Positions 1 through 13,729 are shown, counted from the first letter of the stretch. The stretch: 64,000 bases of DNA from Lama guanicoe (GCA_013239625.1 MU053934.1:2622399-2686398); one strand, 5' to 3'. Notes: a model not told the origin generated them from the sequence alone. A program made the numbers and translations.

Positions 1-460
1 CTAAGTTTCTTAAAATCTTTCAGTGGTTCTCATTGCTCTAAAGATAAAAATAAACCTCTTCCTTGGTTTTGCCTTCCACAAGACTTGCTTTACTTTCTGC
101 TCTAGCCACTATGCCTTCCTTCTTAGTCTTTAATTATCTCTGTTTGCTCTCCTGCCTCAGGACCTTTGCACATGCTATTATTTCTGCCTGGAACATCCTT
201 TTCTTCCTCACCTTTCTTCAAATTACCATCATCCCTTAAAGTGTAGCTTTCCCCAGGCAGGCTAAACCTCTGGTTACACACTCCCCTAACTCTCAGTACA
301 TTTCTTTCACAACACTTAGCACATTTTGTAGTTTGTGTGTGTGAGTATGTGTCTAAGCTTTATGACAGCAGGAACTGGCACAATTATTTGCTGAGCCACT
401 TTGTCCCCAGAGCTCAGGCTTCCCTGGAACAAAAATTTTGTTGAGTGAATGAGTGAATGG
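1..460 (+). mobile_element. L2 LINE 3' fragment
   Basis: L2-like motifs (cctcaggacctttgcacatgct...gcctggaa) ending in the L2 tail ttgttgagtgaatgagtgaatg. Confidence 0.75.
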
Positions 461-1569
461 ACAACTCCAGGATAAATTAAAAATCTTTGTCTAATAAAGC
501 AAGATCCAGAGGAGAAATCTATGTGCTCAAAAGTCTATTTTCCAACTGCCAAGAAGATGTGGATCAACCAGGTAACAGCATCAACCAGCTTTACTATCAG
601 CAGTCCGTGATATCAACCTGAGAAATGATCCAATTCTCTTCCCAGTATAAGTTCATCTCTTTAAAAAACGATTCCATTAAGTCAAGGCAAGTGTCCAAGA
701 AGCCCATAATGAAATACAAATAAAACAATTTTGAAGGGCATACGATTTACAAATCAAGCAACAGAAAAATATAATATCATACAATTGAACGGTGATGATT
801 CTTTATCAGTGAAATAGATAATGAAGAATTCATTGACATGGACTGTCCTCAGGACCCATATCTCTGATCTGAAATAAATGATTCCCCTTCACTAGGCTCC
901 TGCTAGCATTTCTAGCTCGTCTTGCCATCCACTGTTCATATATTATGTTCCAGCACAGCTTTGCTCAGAGTGCCCCAAACAAGTCCACAATGGGAAACTG
1001 TGGTTCTCTCTGCCTCAAACCATCTACCCCTTTCCTTCCTTCCTCTTCATCCTTCCATCTCCAGGATTCCCTAGATGAACAGTTTTTTTTTTTATCATTT
1101 CCCTGCTCAAGTAACACCTTAACCAACATTTCTGTATCCAATTGAAGTTTTAATTTCCTCTTTGCCATCTCAGTAAATGGCTCCATCTACATTTGCTCAA
1201 GGTGGACCCCTGGAAATCAACTTGGCTTCTTTCTCCTCTCTCCAGTAGCAGTCATATCCCATCCACCAGCAAGTCTTGTCCCAAATTTGTTCCTTTTCTC
1301 CAACTCCATCGTCTTAATCATAACCACCATCCACCCTGCAGAGGTTTCCTGATGGGTCTTCTCCCTTCCACCCCTCTCCTTCATTCTTCTCTCAGTAGTC
1401 ACTTAATCTTCTGAAAGTAAATTAGCTGGTGCTTAAAACTCTTCTATGGCTTCCCATTTCACCAAGAAAAATACTCAAATTCCCCTCCATGACTTCTAAA
1501 GCCCTGTGTGAGTTAGTTCTTGCCTTTTAAATTTTATTGCTGTCCCCACCTCAGGGCCTTCCCAACTCA

Positions 1570-2800
1570 ACATCCTTACTTCAGTGGTGGCAGACTGGGC
1601 ACGTCCTCAACTGAGCCCATGATCCTCTCCAACTCCCAATCGTTCCTCCCTCAGCTTCCTTCCTCTCAGGAAGTGGCAGCTCCATCCTTCCAGTTGCTCA
1701 GGCCAGAAAACTTGGAGTCACCCTTGACTCCTCTCGCTAATTCACACCCCATTTCCAATCAGCCAGCAAATCTTGGATCAACTCTAATCTTCAGAATGTG
1801 CCCCAAGTCTGGCCACATCTCACAGCTTCTTCTGGGACCACCCTGGTCCAAGACACCTCCAATTCTTGCCTGGATGATGGCAATGGCCTCCCAACTCATC
1901 TTTCTGCTTTTGTTCTTGTCCTCTCCCCGAGCGCCCTCATCTCCCTTTGTTAAATTCTCAACTCAATCTGGAGTCATGATGCTAAAATATAGGTCAGGTT
2001 AGGTCAGGCTTCTGCTCCAAACCCTCCAATGGCTCCCACCTCACTCAGAGAGAAAGCTAACATTCTCATAGTGACCTATAAGACCCCATGTGATTCCCCC
2101 CAACCCCATTCATCCCCATACATCTTTAGTCTCATCATTTTCTCCTTTCTGCTTTGCTTGCTTCGTTTTGGCTACATTGGTCTCTTTCCTGTTCCTCAAC
2201 ACAGCAGGCATATCCATGTCTCAGGACCTTTGCACTGGCTATGACACCTTCCCCTAGATATTTATAATTTATTTATCGTTTCCTAGGTATTATTGGACTC
2301 CTCATCTTCTTCAGGTATTTTTTTCCCCCAAATGTTACCTTGTCACTAAGGACTTTCCTATCTACTCTATATAAAATTGCAACTTCCCTTCCCCAGAAAC
2401 ACACTAGCCCACTTCCCTGATGAATTTTTCTCCTTAGCACTGGTCTCTCTGCAGCACACAGGGCTGGCTTTGTGAGTGTACAACTTGTGCAGTCACACAG
2501 ATCCTGTGCCTAGAAGGCACCTGCATTTGGTTTAATGCTTTAGTGTTGCCATCTTGAAATTTTTAATTTTTGTTTTAGACAAGAGATCCCACAGGTTTGT
2601 TTTGATCTTGGTCCCAAAATTATGGAGCTGGTCCTAGCCACATGATCTATATTTGACTTATTTTGTTACTTTTGTCTTCTCCCACTGGGGAGTGAGCTCC
2701 AGGGCAGGAACATTTGTCTATTTTGTCCCTCACTGTAACTCCAGTGCTAGGAACAGAGCCTGGTAAGTTGCAGAGACTCAAGAAATATTTGTAAATAAAT
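1570..2800 (+). mobile_element. L2 (L2a/b-like) fragment interrupted by a MER91A-like element
   Basis: ttgctcaggccagaaaacttggagtcacccttgactcc...ccctccaatggctccc...aggacctttgcac...tail aaatatttgtaaataaatga. Confidence 0.8.
2459..2636 (+). mobile_element. MER91A-like hAT-Tip100 DNA transposon
   Basis: Termini cagggctggct ... agctggtccta and internal tgtgcagtcacacag / ttggtttaatgct / gccatcttgaaatt recalled from the MER91A consensus. Confidence 0.75.
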
Positions 2801-3812
2801 GAGTTCTCCCAGTTAAACTAGCCAGTAGTTTGGAGTCATCCTTGACATAGGTTTCCCTGGGCCCCAGTATTCAGGTTCCATCCATTTTGCTCCTTAAATA
2901 CACTTTGCTCCTGTTCTCTCCTCTTTATTTTCGCTGCACCTCCCTTGGCCAAACTACCTGGATGCTTCCTTGTAACACACTTCCTAACTGGTCTCCAAAC
3001 GTCCCCATATGTCCCCTCCAAAGAGTCCCCATAGTTAGTGCCTTGTACTGGGCAGAGAACCCAAGAAGAAGGTCACAGTCCTTAGCATGACTTCAAGGCC
3101 CTGCCTGAGCTGGCCCTGTCCACCTTTTCTGCCACATCCTCTCATTCTGCCTCTCAGCAGTGCATCCTCTCTGGCCTTGTTTGGACCCTGCAAACATGTT
3201 TTTAGTTGTTGTTGTTGTTGATTTTTTGTTTGTTTGCTTGTTTGTTGTTTTTTTTTTTTTAACATGTAAACCCTTCCATCCCGTGTTTCTAGAACACCCT
3301 TCACTCTATGAACTCTTGCTTACCCTCATATCTCAGGCCTTTTCCTGAACCTCTGAGCTAAATCTCTCCAATATTTACTGTCATGGCCAAACCCCCAGGT
3401 GCTTCTTCTCTGTAAGACTTGTCGTCTCAGGGACTGGACAGTGATCAGTGTGCTTTCTTGGACTGGTGTCTCTTTTGTCCATAGGCCTGTAAGGTCGGAG
3501 AGTAGGGTCAACACTTCTGAGATCTTTGCAGCCCGTTGCTCAGCAAGCTGTCGTCAAGCACACAGTGGATGCCCAGTACTTGTGCTCGAATGGGTGAATG
3601 TGGGGCAAGGTGCCCTGCTGAGATATTAAATTATGTTGAGTATTCACTGGGGAGTTGATTTTCAAACCCATCCCAAGGAGACAGAAACACCTCAGGGGCA
3701 TGATGATGGCATTTGGCCATAAGGCCAAAACACAATGTTGCCCCCATGCTGGAGGGCCCAGGCTATATGTGGAGATGCTTTGTTTGACAAGCACAGACTT
3801 GGCCCACGTGGT

Positions 3813-3874
3813 CTTCCTTCCTTCCTTTCTCTTTCTTCCTTCCTTCCTTCTGTCCTCCCTCTCTCCCTCCATTT

Positions 3875-3932
<58 letters not shown>

Positions 3933-4040
3933 TTTCTTCCTTTCTTTCTTTCTTCCTTTCTTTCTTTCTTTCTTTCTTTCTTTCTAAAAATCTTTCTCTC
4001 TCTCTCTCTCTCCCTCTCTTCTTTCTTCCTTCTTTTTTTG
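3813..4040. repeat. Compound (TTCC)n/(TTTC)n/(CT)n microsatellite
   Basis: Read directly; TTTC-dominated run ~3873-3984. Confidence 0.95.
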
Positions 4041-5309
4041 AAAAAATTGAATGGGTTGCTAACATTGAAAACCCATAAGGTTTAACATAAACATTTGAAT
4101 ATTTGGCTTCTTTTGAAAAATCGAAAGATCCAGAAAACTTGGGCCTACAGTGCATCAGCTGGCTGGAGCTGACACGGGGCTGCTTTGGCTGGGGCCTGTG
4201 CTGCAGATGCTTGAGTTTCTTCTCCATATGGGGCACTCTGGTTATCAAGGGCAGGAAAGCAGCCTTCATACACCAATGTGATGGGACATATTCCTGCTAT
4301 TCTCTATTCCAGGTTAGTTCTTGCCATACTGATGTCTGCATCTTTGTGAGGCAGAATGAAGAAAAGTGTTGAGAGAAACAGAAAGGCAGACAGAAAGGGG
4401 AAAGGATTGCCAAGGAAACCCAGGTTCATCTTGATGAATGGCATCTCTGATTTGGGGAGAGGAGACAGCAGAAGGCTGGGACTGGGGTGGGAGGATTTTG
4501 GCATTTGGTGTAGGAAGCTCTAGAAGTGAGAAATATTTCTGTGGATTATAAATTGGCTCCTTTTTAATGTTCTTTAGGGATCCTGAGTAGAGATTGGATT
4601 GAAATTCTTTTAAAATTCCTCTTTGACTGGTTTCTTCATATGTGACTCTCTGCAGAGCTGAGCCACTCAGAGCCTTATTATTTGTTAGAGCTACACAAGT
4701 TTAAGCTATTGGATGTAGGGAAAAATCATCCCTGCAAGGGGAGTATCAACTATTCCACCTGAGGGTTTAGCTAAGTAATAAAAATCTGGGTTGAGTGAAA
4801 CCTTCGTCCTCTTCTCTGCAGTTAGCTAGCTTCTTAACATCCCCACACCTGGTTGTTCTTGGTTCTACTTAACCCACCCTCCCATGGCAGTTCATCAGTT
4901 TATATGTTTATTTCCCTTCCTTGGCCACAAGGCTCTGGAGAATAGAGACCAACTATGTTTTGTTGCTCTTTATAGATTTAGCCCATTGCTAGGACCACAG
5001 TTGCTGGCACATGCTAGGCACTCAGTAAATGTTTGTTGAACAAAACGAATGAGGCTCCCAATGGATGTGATTGACTTAAGTCTTTCAAATCTCTTCACCT
5101 AGGTCCATATCAAGGTTCTACTGAAAACATTCAGGCAGCGTAGGATGGAGCAGTCTAATAATATGACTCTAATTTATTATTTCTGGGATGGAGAAGAGCA
5201 GGAATATGAATGTTACCAGGAAACAGTGTTGGGCCCTTGTTATGTTTCTTATAAATGATTCAGGGAGAGAAGAGATGATGCATTGGCAAGTTGCCAATGA
5301 TACTCACTT

Positions 5310-6055
5310 GGTCCCAAACTTAGACCCATCCTTGACTTCTGTCTTTCTCTCCTAACCCACATTCAGTCCCTAACAAATCCTGTGGGCCTTACCTTCAACA
5401 CACAGCCCAAATCCAACCACTTCTCATCACCTCCTCCCAACTCTCCCAACCCAAGCCACATCCTCACTCTTTGGGTTGTTGTAATGGCTTCCTGACTGGT
5501 CTTCCTATGACTCTGGCCCCTGGGGTCTGTTCCCATTTACCAACCAGATTGTGACCCTCCTCCACTCCTAGCGCTCCGATGGCTTCCATCATGCTCAGAA
5601 CAAAAGCCAAAGAAAGTCTTTTCAATCTGGCCTTGACTGCCTCCCTGACCTCCCCAGCTCCAGGGACACTGACCTCTTCGTGCTTCTCAAATACACGGAG
5701 CACATTCTTGTTTCTCCTGCCATGCGAGGCTCTGCACCAGATATCGTTGTGGCTCTTTCCCTCTCTTCAGTTAGATTATTCTCACTGAGGCCTTCCCTGG
5801 CCTCCCCACGTCAGATTGCAGCTCCTCTGCTCACCCTCCCCAGCCTCTTTCCCTGTTGAATTCTTCCCCATAGCACTTACTGTCATCTGACCTACATTTG
5901 GCTTTCTGATTTGTTTATCGACTGTCTGTCTTCCGTAGAATGAGGGCCCTTCATGAGGGTGAGGACTTTGGTTTGTTCTGCCCACTATTGTGTTCCAGCC
6001 CCTGGCACAGTGCCTAGAACATAAAAGTGCCCAACAGCATCTGTGGAATGAACGC
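5310..6055 (+). mobile_element. L2 fragment
   Basis: catccttgacttc...aaatcctgt...ctaccttcaa-like region through cctggcacagtgcctagaaca...gtggaatgaa tail. Confidence 0.75.
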
Positions 6056-9000
6056 TGAGAGCCCTTGTGGACAATGGGTGGTCGCTTCCCCAGGACTCAT
6101 GCCTTGGTTTCTGATGTTTACTATGATCATGTGGAGATGATTGTGTATATGTGTGAAGCGCCTGTGGCTTAATTGTGGAGGATTGATGTTTAATTCTTGC
6201 CATTTTGCTTTCTGCAGGAGAGGCCAAGTGGTTCTGGGCATGGAAGGACAGTTGAGCAGAAGAGAACCAAGGTGTTCATGTCTTCAGTTCCATAGGAGAT
6301 CAAAACAAGGGGAGATTATGCTTCATGTTTAGATGTGTGGGTATACAGAACTCAGCCTCAAAGGAAAAGAGCCACTGGCTTCAGAAGACACATATGGCTC
6401 ACATGTTGAGGACAGAGAAGCTTGGCCTGGGCTCAGGGAAGCCTCTGCTTGAGAGGAGAAGTCAGGCTGGGGGACCCTGGGGCTGGAATTGCCTTTACTT
6501 GGATGAATATTTTCTGGATTGAGAAGTTTATCTTGATAAGATTTTGTTTCCTAAACTGGATGGGGCTAGATACTGGGTTTACACTCTGCCTTTAACTTTT
6601 TTTTTTAACCTGTATCAAGTTTTCATTTTTATAAATCTTGAAACTTTTTTTGACCGGGCATGGTAAGATTGGCCTGTGAATGGGCAGCACTGTGATGAAG
6701 AAGAATGTTTTGAGGTTTGTGTGTTTTCTCTGCCATGACCCAGAGAGTGGAAGTTTCTAATTCGAGAATATCAAGCAGGCACTGAGGGCTCTGGGGCCCT
6801 TGTGACCCAGGCAGGTGGTAAAGTCCTGCCATGGTTCTGGTGCCTGGTGGCACAAAGCAATTCTCCAGTCCTTGTCCACTTCCAGCTGCTCTGAGCATGG
6901 AGGACTCGAGAGGCTTAAAGAAGACAGTAGGCCAGCAGGTACTTTGTTTCATGGGATAAGCCTATAGACTTGTCATTTCTAGGGGGGCATCTAGAACATC
7001 CCTCTGGGTTGTCTCATATAAGTATATTCTGATGGCGTCTTACAGCAAGTATGGGTTTGCAGTAGGGCTGCCAGCATGGTCCGTGGGAATCCTTAAGCTG
7101 TTCGAGCAAATACAGGGCCAACCAATATGAACAAAGACCTCACAAAGCCACAGAAGTGAAGAAGAAAATGGCCAGTGAACTTAAGTGTGGGCAGGTGTAA
7201 AGGGAAAACAGTCTAACCTTGATTGGGAGGAAGATGGGTCCTGGGGCTGTGAATTTCAAACCAGGACAAGAACCAAAGTCAGATGTTTCCCTTGATAGTA
7301 AAGGAACATGCTGCTCTCACCAAAAAGGGCAAGGGAGTGAAGCACTCATGACATACTAAGCATTTCACATATGCGAGCACCTTAAACGTCTGGAAATGGT
7401 TATTATTCTTCCCATTTTCCAGATGAGGAGAATGAAACTCAGAACCTAGACAGATTACTGCATGTCTCGTGGCTTCTAAATGTTGAGCTGGGATTCAGAC
7501 CTGCACCTGTCTTTCTCTGCTATCTCTTCTTTAATTCCTTCCTTCCTCTGATGCATTTGCATCTGGCACCCTCTGAGTGCCAGGCCCTGCTCGGGTACTG
7601 GGCAGCCGGCAGTGGCTCAGGCAGGACTGTTCCTGCCCTCTTGGAGCTTCCAATCTATGGCGGGATGTCGACCAAGAACAAAGTAACAGATCAGTAAAAC
7701 AATCACAAATGGTGACCGTGTTGTGAAGGGATGGGGAAGAAAGTTGAGTGGAAGCTCCCTAGGCTGGGTGGTCAGGGACTGGCTTTGACACAGACTTGAG
7801 ATAAGATGGAGCACAGCATGAGAAGGGCTGGGTGCGGAGTCGGGAGGGAAGGGGTTTGTATGTCCTGGGAGCTGAGAGAACACCTCTGAGTCTGCAGAGG
7901 AGTCAGCAGAGGGGAAAGGGAATCTGAAGGTGTTTCTCCAGAGCGTGTACCCTTCTCACGCTAACATGTGGCTTTCCAAGAGGGCATCCAGTTAGAAGGG
8001 AAAATACCACTTTACACAGTGGGTAGGAAACTTGCGGCCTCTGGAAATCTTAAGAGATGGTGTGGGCAGAAAATACCAACCATTTCCCTACAGGTGTGGA
8101 TACTGCCCGGCTGAGAGATTCCTGACGCATCATTATGGCAAACCAGAAGGCAGGGCTCCACCCCTTTGAGGGCGAGGTCCTGGACCACAACCTGTCGTGT
8201 CACAACACAAGCTCTGACCTCGAATCAGAGAAGAGGCCAGGCTGGAGTCACAAGGTAGTGGGGGCGGGTGGAGGGGTCACATGTGGCTCGAAGCCCATCT
8301 ACTGTGGAGATCCCCGTGGCCTTTCTCACAGACGAGAAACGGAGAGGAGAGGGGAGGTGACGCTGGCCAAAGCCTTCTCCGCCCTGAACATTTCATGTGC
8401 CTTACCTCCTAGATGCCTCTCCTGTCTCCATCTTATAAATGGGGAAACTGAGGCTCAGAGAAGTTAAAGTAACTTGCCCAAGGTCACTCAGCTGGTAAGG
8501 GTGACTCCAATTCCATGTTCTTTCCTTTGAACCAGGCTGGGGGGCAGCCGATCAGTTGGGCCGGGGAGGGAGGGAGACCAGGGAAGCAGGACCTGGGGGT
8601 CATTCCAGGGGAAGGGGTGCAGGCGGGGATTGGGGGGTGAAGGGACAACTCTGGCATGCTGGAGTGGGCTTTGCTGTTGGGATCAGATGGACCTGTGTTC
8701 AGATCGCCCCTGCGCCAGTTGCTAGAATCTAGCAGGTAGAGGGTGCACCTTGAATAACTCAACTCCCCACGCTGCCCCTCCCCCAGCCTGCCGCCCCCAG
8801 AGGAGGCCCCCAGAGCTGCTCTTGCCTCTGGAGGTCTGAGTAAGCAGTCCCCTAGAAGAGCCTGACTCATTCACCTTGGCTCCCAGCCACCGGAGCTGCA
8901 GAGGACAGTGGCCCAGTGGCCTCATACCTCCCTGCTTGCTCTGAGTGCCCAGCCTTCTCTGGGGGACGGACCGGCCCAAGCGCATCACGCCTCTGTTCCT

Positions 9001-9799
9001 AGTACCCGAGGAAGCCTCAGCCTACCAGGTGGCCCTCTCACGGCCCAGGACACAGCTGTGCCACTCTATTGTATGTGCTTGTATGTTAATGTGTCATTGT
9101 CCCTCATTAGACCGTGAGCACTTGCAGGGCAGGGATGTGCCTGAGTCATCTCCTGTCCCTGGTGCCCACAACAGGACCTCGGACAATGTAGGGGCTGCTC
9201 ACCAAGTATTTGCTGAATTCCCTTTTGAATCTAACAGGAAATCCCCCCACCCTTGCTGACCCCGGTGGAGACAGAGTCCCATGACCCTGACCGCGGGGTC
9301 TGAGCTGCACTCACCCTGAAGCAGCGGCCCTCCGTGCAAAGCACGCACAGGCATCTGCCATATCTCGGCATTGTTTTCCTTCTGATGCTTTCAATTGCTG
9401 GTTTTATTCCAGCCCATTCTCACTTTCTGTCTTGGAAAATCACAAGGAAACTCCACGCTGCTCCTGGAATTCTTGCCAACGTGATTCAAGCGGAATTGAG
9501 CACATGGCACCGAGTTCCCGCACAAACAAAGACGTTGCCACTTCCAGCTCAATGGCTTCCTTCCCTCTGCCAGCCTGCCTGACCCCCAAACTTGCCCAGG
9601 CGAGAGGGGGCAGGCTGTGTGCCTCGCTGGCCCGGTTCTCACCCACAAATCACCTTACAGTGAGTGCACCCAGGATTGGGAGGTGCGGGTTGTGAAATAA
9701 ACACGGCCGTGAGTTGGCCAATGGGAATAACCCTGACAGTCACGCACCCTAGTCCCTATTCACGCCCCCTCACCCCTGGTTTTCTAAATCAGGCCTCTT

Positions 9800-9930
9800 T
9801 CTAGTTTCTCAATTGCTGTGTGACTTGGGGTAAATAACTCACTCTCTCTGTGCCTCTGTTTCCTCACCTGGAAAATGGAAGTGTCACAGCACAAGACGGT
9901 TATGAAGATTAAATGAGACATGGTTAATAT
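9800..9930 (+). mobile_element. MIR SINE
   Basis: gctgtgtgacttggggtaaataactcactctctctgtgcctctgtttcctcacctggaaaatgg...gaagattaaatgaga core. Confidence 0.8.
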
Positions 9931-10202
9931 GATGGTAGGATGGTGCCAAAAAGTTACTCTACTTGACCAAAAGCAAAGAATGGAAATGTATTGTAATGTA
10001 CATTTATAATGCAATGTGATTGCAAATTAATGTAATGTAAATATAAAATAAAATGTAGATACAAAACAATAAAAATGTATAACTTTTTTCTGAATATAAC
10101 ATTAATGCATGTTTATTGAGAAAATTAGGAAATACAGAGAAGTATAAAGAAATAAAATATGTCAATTACTAGCCCAGAGATTAGCACTAGTAATATTTGT
10201 TT

Positions 10203-10656
10203 AACAGCCGTAAAAAAAGAATGAAATAATGCCATTTGCAGCAACATGGATGGATCTAGAAATTATCATACTAAGTGAGGTAAGTCCAACAGAGAAAGAC
10301 AAAAAGCATATGATACCACTTCAGTGTGGAATCTAAAAAAAAAAGATACAAATGAACTTACTTACAAATCAGAAACAGACTCAAAGACATAGAAAACAAA
10401 CTTACGGTTACCAGAGGGGAAAGAGGGGGAGTGGGATAAATTAGGAGTTTGGGATTAACAGATACACACTACTATATATAAAATAGATAAACAACAAGGT
10501 CCTACTGTACAGCACGGGGAACTATATTCAATAGGTTGTAATAACTTATAATGGAAAAGAATCTGAAAAAGAATCTTATATAACTGAATCAGTTTGCTGT
10601 ACGCCTGAAACTAACAACTCTACTTCAATAAAAAATCAACTATACTTCAATAAAAA
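10203..10656 (+). mobile_element. 5'-truncated L1 3' end (cetartiodactyl-type), inserted into an older antisense L1ME-like fragment (~10085-10870)
   Basis: aatgaaataatgccatttgcagcaacatggatgg...atactaagtgagg...acagcacggggaactatattcaa...aactatacttcaataaaaa; the last 22 bp are tandemly duplicated (10615-10634 / 10637-10656). Confidence 0.9.
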
Positions 10657-13560
10657 GAATTGTTTTAGATCTTAGTCTTTAAAATGTATGCATATATATA
10701 GCTGATGTACTTTGCAGCAACACTATATGTGCCATTTTGTAAGCTGCCTTTTCCCCACTTACATAGATTCCATTTTCCATAAATATTCCTTAAATATTAA
10801 GAACATGATTTTAAATGATTATTACTCCATGTTTTCATTTTAAAATACAGTTATAATGAAAGTCCTCATACCCTCCCCCCCAAAAATGAGATCTGGTGAC
10901 AACACTGCTCAGTGCTTGGTGGACAATAAGCATTTACAAGCTGTTGGCTGGGGTGCTGATGTCCTGTATCAGCATTAGCATGTGTTCTCTGAGCTCAGGC
11001 CTCCGCAGGGCGCGATGTTCCTCAGCCACAAGCCCCATGACTGTGAAATCAATCACCCTCGTGCTCGGACTCTCCCCCAGGTGCCCACTTTGAGAGAAGA
11101 CTTGGATTAAGTCTCCAGGGTCATGAAACTGCACAAGGAACTGGGCTGACATGAGGACTGGACACCTTGCTGGCCTCTCCACTCCTTCCATGCTGGTCGG
11201 GGAGCAAAATTTAAATGCTGGACTCCTGAGGACGTATGTCAGATGGAAACATGGTGCCTACTCAGTTGAAGATTATATGATAAAGAGGAAAAAGCGTGAC
11301 CTTGGCATTCCACCTCTGCCACCTCTGAGCTGAGTGACCTGGGACAGCTGACTCAACTTCTCTTGTGCCTACGTCCTCGTCTGTGAATGGCGTTGATAAT
11401 TGCACCTACACTGAGAGGAGTCAGGAGGGTTCAGCGTGGTCTTGTGTGTTAGGGCTGAGCATGGGGCCTGGAGTGGGGAATTCAAAACTGAGTTCTGTTC
11501 CTAAGAGCAGCCAGCTTGACCGGCGATGCTGTCGTTCTGAAGTCGCAGAGTTCTCCTGCGTGAAGAGATGGGTATCCTGGTGGAAGGCAGAGCTGTTTTG
11601 GAACTAGCTCCACTTCATGCCACCAAATGAAAGGGACACCAAACTAAGGGCCCCTGGGCTGGGGGTGGGGGTGGGGGCTGGCCTAGAATTTGTCAGAGGA
11701 TGAAACTTCTGGCTTTGGAGGCAAAGTGGCCTGATAGGCTTGGGACTCAGACTGAACAGATTTGAGCAGTATTTCTACCCTCACTCCCTGTGAGGTCTCC
11801 GGCAAGTTCCTTAACTTTTCTGAGCCTCAGTTTCTTCATCTGGGAAATGGGCACACCAATATTCATCTTGCAGGTGTTTTTGTGAGAGACCACGTAGGGA
11901 TGTAGGGATTCAAACAGTGGTTATTGAATGGGTCCTGAGCACTCATGATGTGTTTCTAGAATAATAATAGTTTAAAAAAAACAGAACTCAATCAAATATC
12001 CCAGTTTCCCAGCCTCCTCACTGGTTTAAGACAAGTTCTCATTAGGAGCAGAAGCCTTGTGAGAAGTGACCATTGCATCAGTCGGTCAATGCATGCCTAT
12101 TCCAGTGCCTAGCACAGAGGGAATGCTCAGAAAACATGGCGTTGACAATTAGGTTGCATTTTCCCCTTGTGCGTGAAATTTTAGACAGTTCTCCTCTCTG
12201 TGAACACAATCTCCTTTGGAGCCCCTGAATCCAGAGGTCTTTGGTTTATGCCAAGGGGTCTGTAGAGGAAAAAGCGATCCCTACTCTCCCCAGAGTCGGA
12301 GAAATTGGAGTTCTGATGACTGCTGCACGCATAAGTAAGAGATGAAATAACAAAGCGATATGAAAGTTAGGTGCTCAGAATACCCATCTTCTCCAGGCAT
12401 CCTGAGCTTTTCCTTTTTAGAGCAAAACCCTGCAATATTAATAAATGACAGAGAGAAGGATGGAAAAATGACTCTTTCCCTTTGACATGGTGAAGATCAC
12501 AGGGACTAGAGAGACCTTTAATCTTTATTAATGTGTCACAAGGGGGCCTCTCCTGCAAGCTGTGGGAAGCAGACATCCAAAGAGTTTGCATCGCTCACAG
12601 TCCTCAGCATCCCTGGGCGCCTTAGATGACTGTCTGATACTGTTCAGAGTCTAGCAGGGCCGCGTCACGGGGACCCGCTGTGTCCTGGGCAAGAACAAGG
12701 CGGCTCTAACCCAGCTCCCATCTGTGGGGGGCTGGAAGACAAGAGGAATCCAGGACACGGGCCTCGGTCACATGGGCCCGCTTGTAACCAAGGGCACAGA
12801 TGCCCTGAAGAGACTCAGGAGGAACCAGGCTGTCCGTTGCAGGCACAAGCACCAATCTTGCCTAGGAGGGGTCACACCCGAGTTCATTGAGGAGCACACC
12901 CAGTCATCAGCGCCCGCATCTCCATCCGCCGCAGCTCTGCTGTCACTGCCTAGCTGACTGCTGCTTCCCACGCCCCCTTCCCTGTGGTGGGCACTGCATG
13001 AAGGTGGCCCCCAAAATCTGCAACTTGGCATCATGCAGACCTCATTCCACTGACTTAGGAAATGCAAGGTAGGTTTAGGAGAGCACGACAGAATTGAAAA
13101 GTTCTACAGTAAGGACTCAAGAGCCAAGAAAGTTGCGGGGACAGACAGACAGACACAGACATGTGCGTGCATGCATGTGCACTGCGAAATGGGAGGCATA
13201 TTTTGACAGTCATTCATTCACTCAAAAATACTTATTGATCAGCTACTCGGTGCTAAGCACTGTTCTGGGCACTGGGGATGCAGCAGTGGACAAGACTACC
13301 AAGGTTCTCATTGCCCTAGAGCTTACACTCACTCCAGGGTTCTAGTGGGAGAGTTTCTCCAGGAGCCAGGATGTCATAGGGTTAATTTCACATTATGAAG
13401 TAAAACAGGTGGACACCACCCGAACCCCTACTTTCTGGACAAGGGATCTAAGCACAGAGAGATCAGCCTGTCCGGGTTTGTGGACCTGGAATCTGATTCT
13501 AGATTCCAGGCCCCTTCTCCTTCTACTTACTGCTCAAATCTAAGTAAGAAAGTCAAGATG

Positions 13561-13729
13561 AGTATAGCACAGGGAAATACAAGATCCTGTGGTGGCTCAC
13601 AGAGACAAAGAATGTGACAATGAATATATGTATGCTCATGTATAAGTGAAAAATTATGCTCTACACTGGAAATTGACACAATATTGTAAACTGACTATAA
13701 CTCAATAAAAAAAAATGTTTAAAAAAAAA
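13561..13729 (+). mobile_element. Short L1 3' end with poly(A) and target-site duplication
   Basis: tatagcacagggaa...aattgacacaatattgtaaactgactataactcaataaaaaaa; flanked by AAGAAAGTCAAGATG (13546-13560) and AAGAAAGCCAAGCTG (13730-13744). Confidence 0.88.

Noticed and set aside
563..620. Three copies of ATCAACC(A/T)G
   Set aside because: Short, irregularly spaced, and no function assignable.
3540..4269. Several 110-168 aa ORFs (FLSF- and KKER-rich)
   Set aside because: They are translations of the TTTC/TTCC microsatellite, which lacks stop codons.
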